From: Bacteroidales bacterium | GTDB lineage: Bacteria > Bacteroidota > Bacteroidia > Bacteroidales > ML635J-15 | DNA length: 64,000 bases | Reading direction: 5' to 3' | Assembly (NCBI GenBank): GCA_031275085.1 | Contig: JAISPG010000042.1 | Coordinates: 92,683-156,682, forward strand | Part shown: positions 61,836-64,000 of the stretch, piece by piece | How positions within the stretch are numbered: position 1 is the first letter of the stretch | Layout of the letters: every line of letters begins with the position of its first letter | Program-made: the position numbers and the translations under genes | The notes under the pieces: generated by a model | What the model was told of the DNA's origin: nothing | Seen by the model: only the letters and a program-made list of their open reading frames with translations | Databases searched by the model: none

Positions 61836-63083
61836 ATGAAAAACAAATTAGCTTTTACATTATTATTTTTATTTATTGGTTTTTATTCTTTTTCCCAGGA
61901 TAAGGAACTGGAGAATATCCTTGAAAGAATACAAAAAATTGATAAAGAAAAAGATAGCTTACTGTTAGTTGCAGAAGACTTAAAATTAACCCGGCTTAAA
62001 GAGAATTTAATAAATTATGGACTTCCGGAATTGGAGGAAGGTGAAGAACTAATTTGTCATTCGGCATTTTGTCTGGTTTTTGATGATAACCATAAACTGG
62101 CAAAATGGGTTGCGCATGTGATCTCGAGAGATATTGCTGCCGGTGGAGTTACACGTACAAATGATTTCAGGAAAGATCCATTAATAAAAAACGGCTCTTC
62201 GGAAGAAGCGGATTTTTTTCTTAAAATAAAAGGTGAAGATGATAAAATTAAATATGATGGCTTTGGTTACGACAGAGGCCATTTAGCACCATCCGCAGAT
62301 TTCCGGTGGTCTGAAAAGGCTCTTTCCGAATCGTATTTTTATTCTAATATGACACCTCAGTTACCGGATTTTAACAGAAAAAAATGGGCTGAAATTGAAA
62401 ATCTTCTTCGAGATTATGTTTGTAATAATCCTGAAAAAGATTTGTATGTTGTAACAGCTCCTGTCCTTCATGATGAATTGCCACGCCAGCCAAGAAGTAA
62501 AAATAAAATTTCAATTCCTGAATATCATTACAAAATTGCTGTTGAACCTGAGAGTAAAATTGGAATAGCTTTTTTAGTTTCCCAGCAGGATCTGGCTTAT
62601 CCTATTGAGTCTTATGTCGTTTCCATAGACTCCGTAGAATCAGTTACAGGGATCAACTTTTTTCCCGGATTGCAGGAAGAGGATGAAATTCTTATAGAAT
62701 CTGTTTCTGATATATCATTATGGAGATCAGGAAAAAATAAAAACGATGTAGCGCCTATTCCTAAAGATAAATTACCAAAAAATTATTATAATACAGTGGA
62801 AGCCAGGCAGTTTTTTGATTACCCTAAAGATGTAACTATATGCGGAAAGGTTGTAGGAACTACAAAATCAAGAAATGGTCATGTTTTCCTGAATCTTGAT
62901 AAAAGTTTTCCAAATCAGATATTTTCGGTTACTATATGGAAGTCGAATCTGTCAAACTTTAGTTATAATCCTGAAAGTTTTCTTTTGTATAAAACTATAT
63001 GTGTTAAAGGAACAGTTAATGAGTATGAAGGAGTTCCTGCTATATATCCTGATAATGAGAAGAATATAACTCTTTTTGACTAA
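61836..63083 (+). CDS. Secreted DNA/RNA non-specific endonuclease (Serratia NucA family, DRGH motif) with C-terminal OB-fold-like domain
   Basis: A signal peptide is present. The active-site motif is FGYDRGHLAPSADF, followed by a C-terminal beta-rich ~110 aa. The start is taken at MKNKLAF. Confidence 0.8.
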   Translation: MKNKLAFTLLFLFIGFYSFSQDKELENILERIQKIDKEKDSLLLVAEDLKLTRLKENLINYGLPELEEGEELICHSAFCLVFDDNHKLAKWVAHVISRDIAAGGVTRTNDFRKDPLIKNGSSEEADFFLKIKGEDDKIKYDGFGYDRGHLAPSADFRWSEKALSESYFYSNMTPQLPDFNRKKWAEIENLLRDYVCNNPEKDLYVVTAPVLHDELPRQPRSKNKISIPEYHYKIAVEPESKIGIAFLVSQQDLAYPIESYVVSIDSVESVTGINFFPGLQEEDEILIESVSDISLWRSGKNKNDVAPIPKDKLPKNYYNTVEARQFFDYPKDVTICGKVVGTTKSRNGHVFLNLDKSFPNQIFSVTIWKSNLSNFSYNPESFLLYKTICVKGTVNEYEGVPAIYPDNEKNITLFD

Positions 63084-63177
63084 AAACAGATAATTTGATA
63101 TGTATTATAGATATTCTGTGAATTTAATACTTAAATCATTATTTGAATTACATAAAAAATATTTAAATATTGTTTTT

Positions 63178-63558
63178 TTATAATTTATTCATAAATTTTT
63201 CAATATCAATAATGAACCTTTCATGAGTTCCACGTCCTATTTCGCCGGTTTCATCGTAAGCAATAACTTTAAAAATAAGTCTTTTACGGTCAACTTCTAT
63301 TAATTCGGATTCACAAATTACTTTTATGCCTACCGGTGTAGCCTTGGAGTGAGTTACATTAACCAAAGTTCCAACAGTTCCGTATCCTTCAGGCAGATAT
63401 TCAAGTACTGACCTGAAACATGTTTTTTCCATTAATGCAATCATGGCAGGAGTTGCAAAAACTTCAACAAGTCCGCTGCCATATTTTGCTGCTGTATTGT
63501 CAAAATCAACAACTACTTCTTCTTTTCCTTTAACTCCAGTATTTATATTAATTTCCAT
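63178..63558 (-). CDS. Hotdog-fold thioesterase family protein
   Basis: Its ~126 aa match the pattern of FlK/PaaI-like thioesterases ([15 protein letters not shown]). Confidence 0.55.
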   Translation of the reverse strand: MEININTGVKGKEEVVVDFDNTAAKYGSGLVEVFATPAMIALMEKTCFRSVLEYLPEGYGTVGTLVNVTHSKATPVGIKVICESELIEVDRKRLIFKVIAYDETGEIGRGTHERFIIDIEKFMNKL

Positions 63559-63562
63559 AGCT

Positions 63563-63970
63563 TTAGAATATGAAATTTATATTTTGTTTAATATCAGGAT
63601 GTAAACTTAAAGCTACAGGACATATTTCCGGAATTCTCCGTATAATTGTTTGTTGTTTTGTATCCAGATTACACATTGAAAAGTCAAATTCAACATATAT
63701 TTCTGCAATACGTCGCGGAGGGTATTGCGACATTATTTTTTGAGTTTTAGCTTTGGCTCCGTCTATTGAAAAGCCGGAATTTTTAGCTGTCAACCCGGCA
63801 ATTGTAAATATACAGTCTGCTACTGCAGTTGCGACAAGATCAGTAGGAGAGAAGGCTCCTCCGGTACCTCCGTTATCTACAGGGGCTTCGGTTATTATTT
63901 GCTCTCCTGAATTAACATGTGTATTTTTTGTTTTTAAATTACCTAAATAAATTGTTTCAGATGTTATCAT
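63563..63970 (-). CDS. OsmC/Ohr family peroxiredoxin-like protein
   Basis: The two conserved Cys contexts are present (AVADCIF and EICPVA). Confidence 0.75.
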   Translation of the reverse strand: MITSETIYLGNLKTKNTHVNSGEQIITEAPVDNGGTGGAFSPTDLVATAVADCIFTIAGLTAKNSGFSIDGAKAKTQKIMSQYPPRRIAEIYVEFDFSMCNLDTKQQTIIRRIPEICPVALSLHPDIKQNINFIF

Positions 63971-64000
63971 TTGATATATAATTTGTCAGATATACTTTAT

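Noticed and set aside
1-64000. CRISPR arrays, rRNA and tRNA genes
   Set aside because: No regularly spaced short direct repeats were seen, and no GC-rich 75-90-nt cloverleaf candidates or rRNA-like conserved blocks. None are called.

Overview
The window is AT-rich (about 30% GC) Bacteroidota chromosome. Gene content, the T9SS type-B C-terminal domain, the S46 peptidase and TAnnTTTG-type promoters all point to Bacteroidota. The centre is a complete Bacteroidota-style division/cell-wall (dcw) cluster on the minus strand from 15.5 to 30.8 kb: mraZ-rsmH-ftsL-ftsI-murE-mraY-murD-ftsW-murG-murC-ftsQ-ftsA-ftsZ, followed by a GatB/YqeY gene.

Upstream of it is a 2635-aa T9SS-secreted modular adhesin gene (3-10.9 kb) with long near-identical internal DNA repeats, plus pyrE, a NUDIX hydrolase and a U32 (RlhA/YegQ-like) protein.

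Downstream of the dcw cluster are a flotillin/NfeD pair, an acyltransferase, a KdsC-like phosphatase, a UbiA prenyltransferase, maf, an S46 dipeptidyl-peptidase, pruA, an IS1182-family transposase insertion, a CDGSH iron-sulfur protein, asnS and rpoN. Further on are an FkbM methyltransferase, a secreted nucleoside-hydrolase-like fusion protein and serC (minus strand).

The window ends with a TonB-dependent receptor locus that also encodes two paralogous lipoproteins and a secreted DRGH non-specific nuclease, then a thioesterase and OsmC.

No rRNA or tRNA genes and no CRISPR arrays were seen. I found no defence island.

The most unusual non-coding signal is a family of short intergenic repeats. 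A GC-rich core with internal tandem sub-repeats is flanked by inverted AAGAATTAAAAA ends at 51.5-51.8 kb (MITE-like). Related pieces occur in both dcw intergenic gaps and downstream of ftsZ.

Phased AAAGTGGGAA direct repeats upstream of mraZ look like a MraZ operator.

Several other calls below are domain-level inferences from motifs read by eye. They need HMM confirmation.
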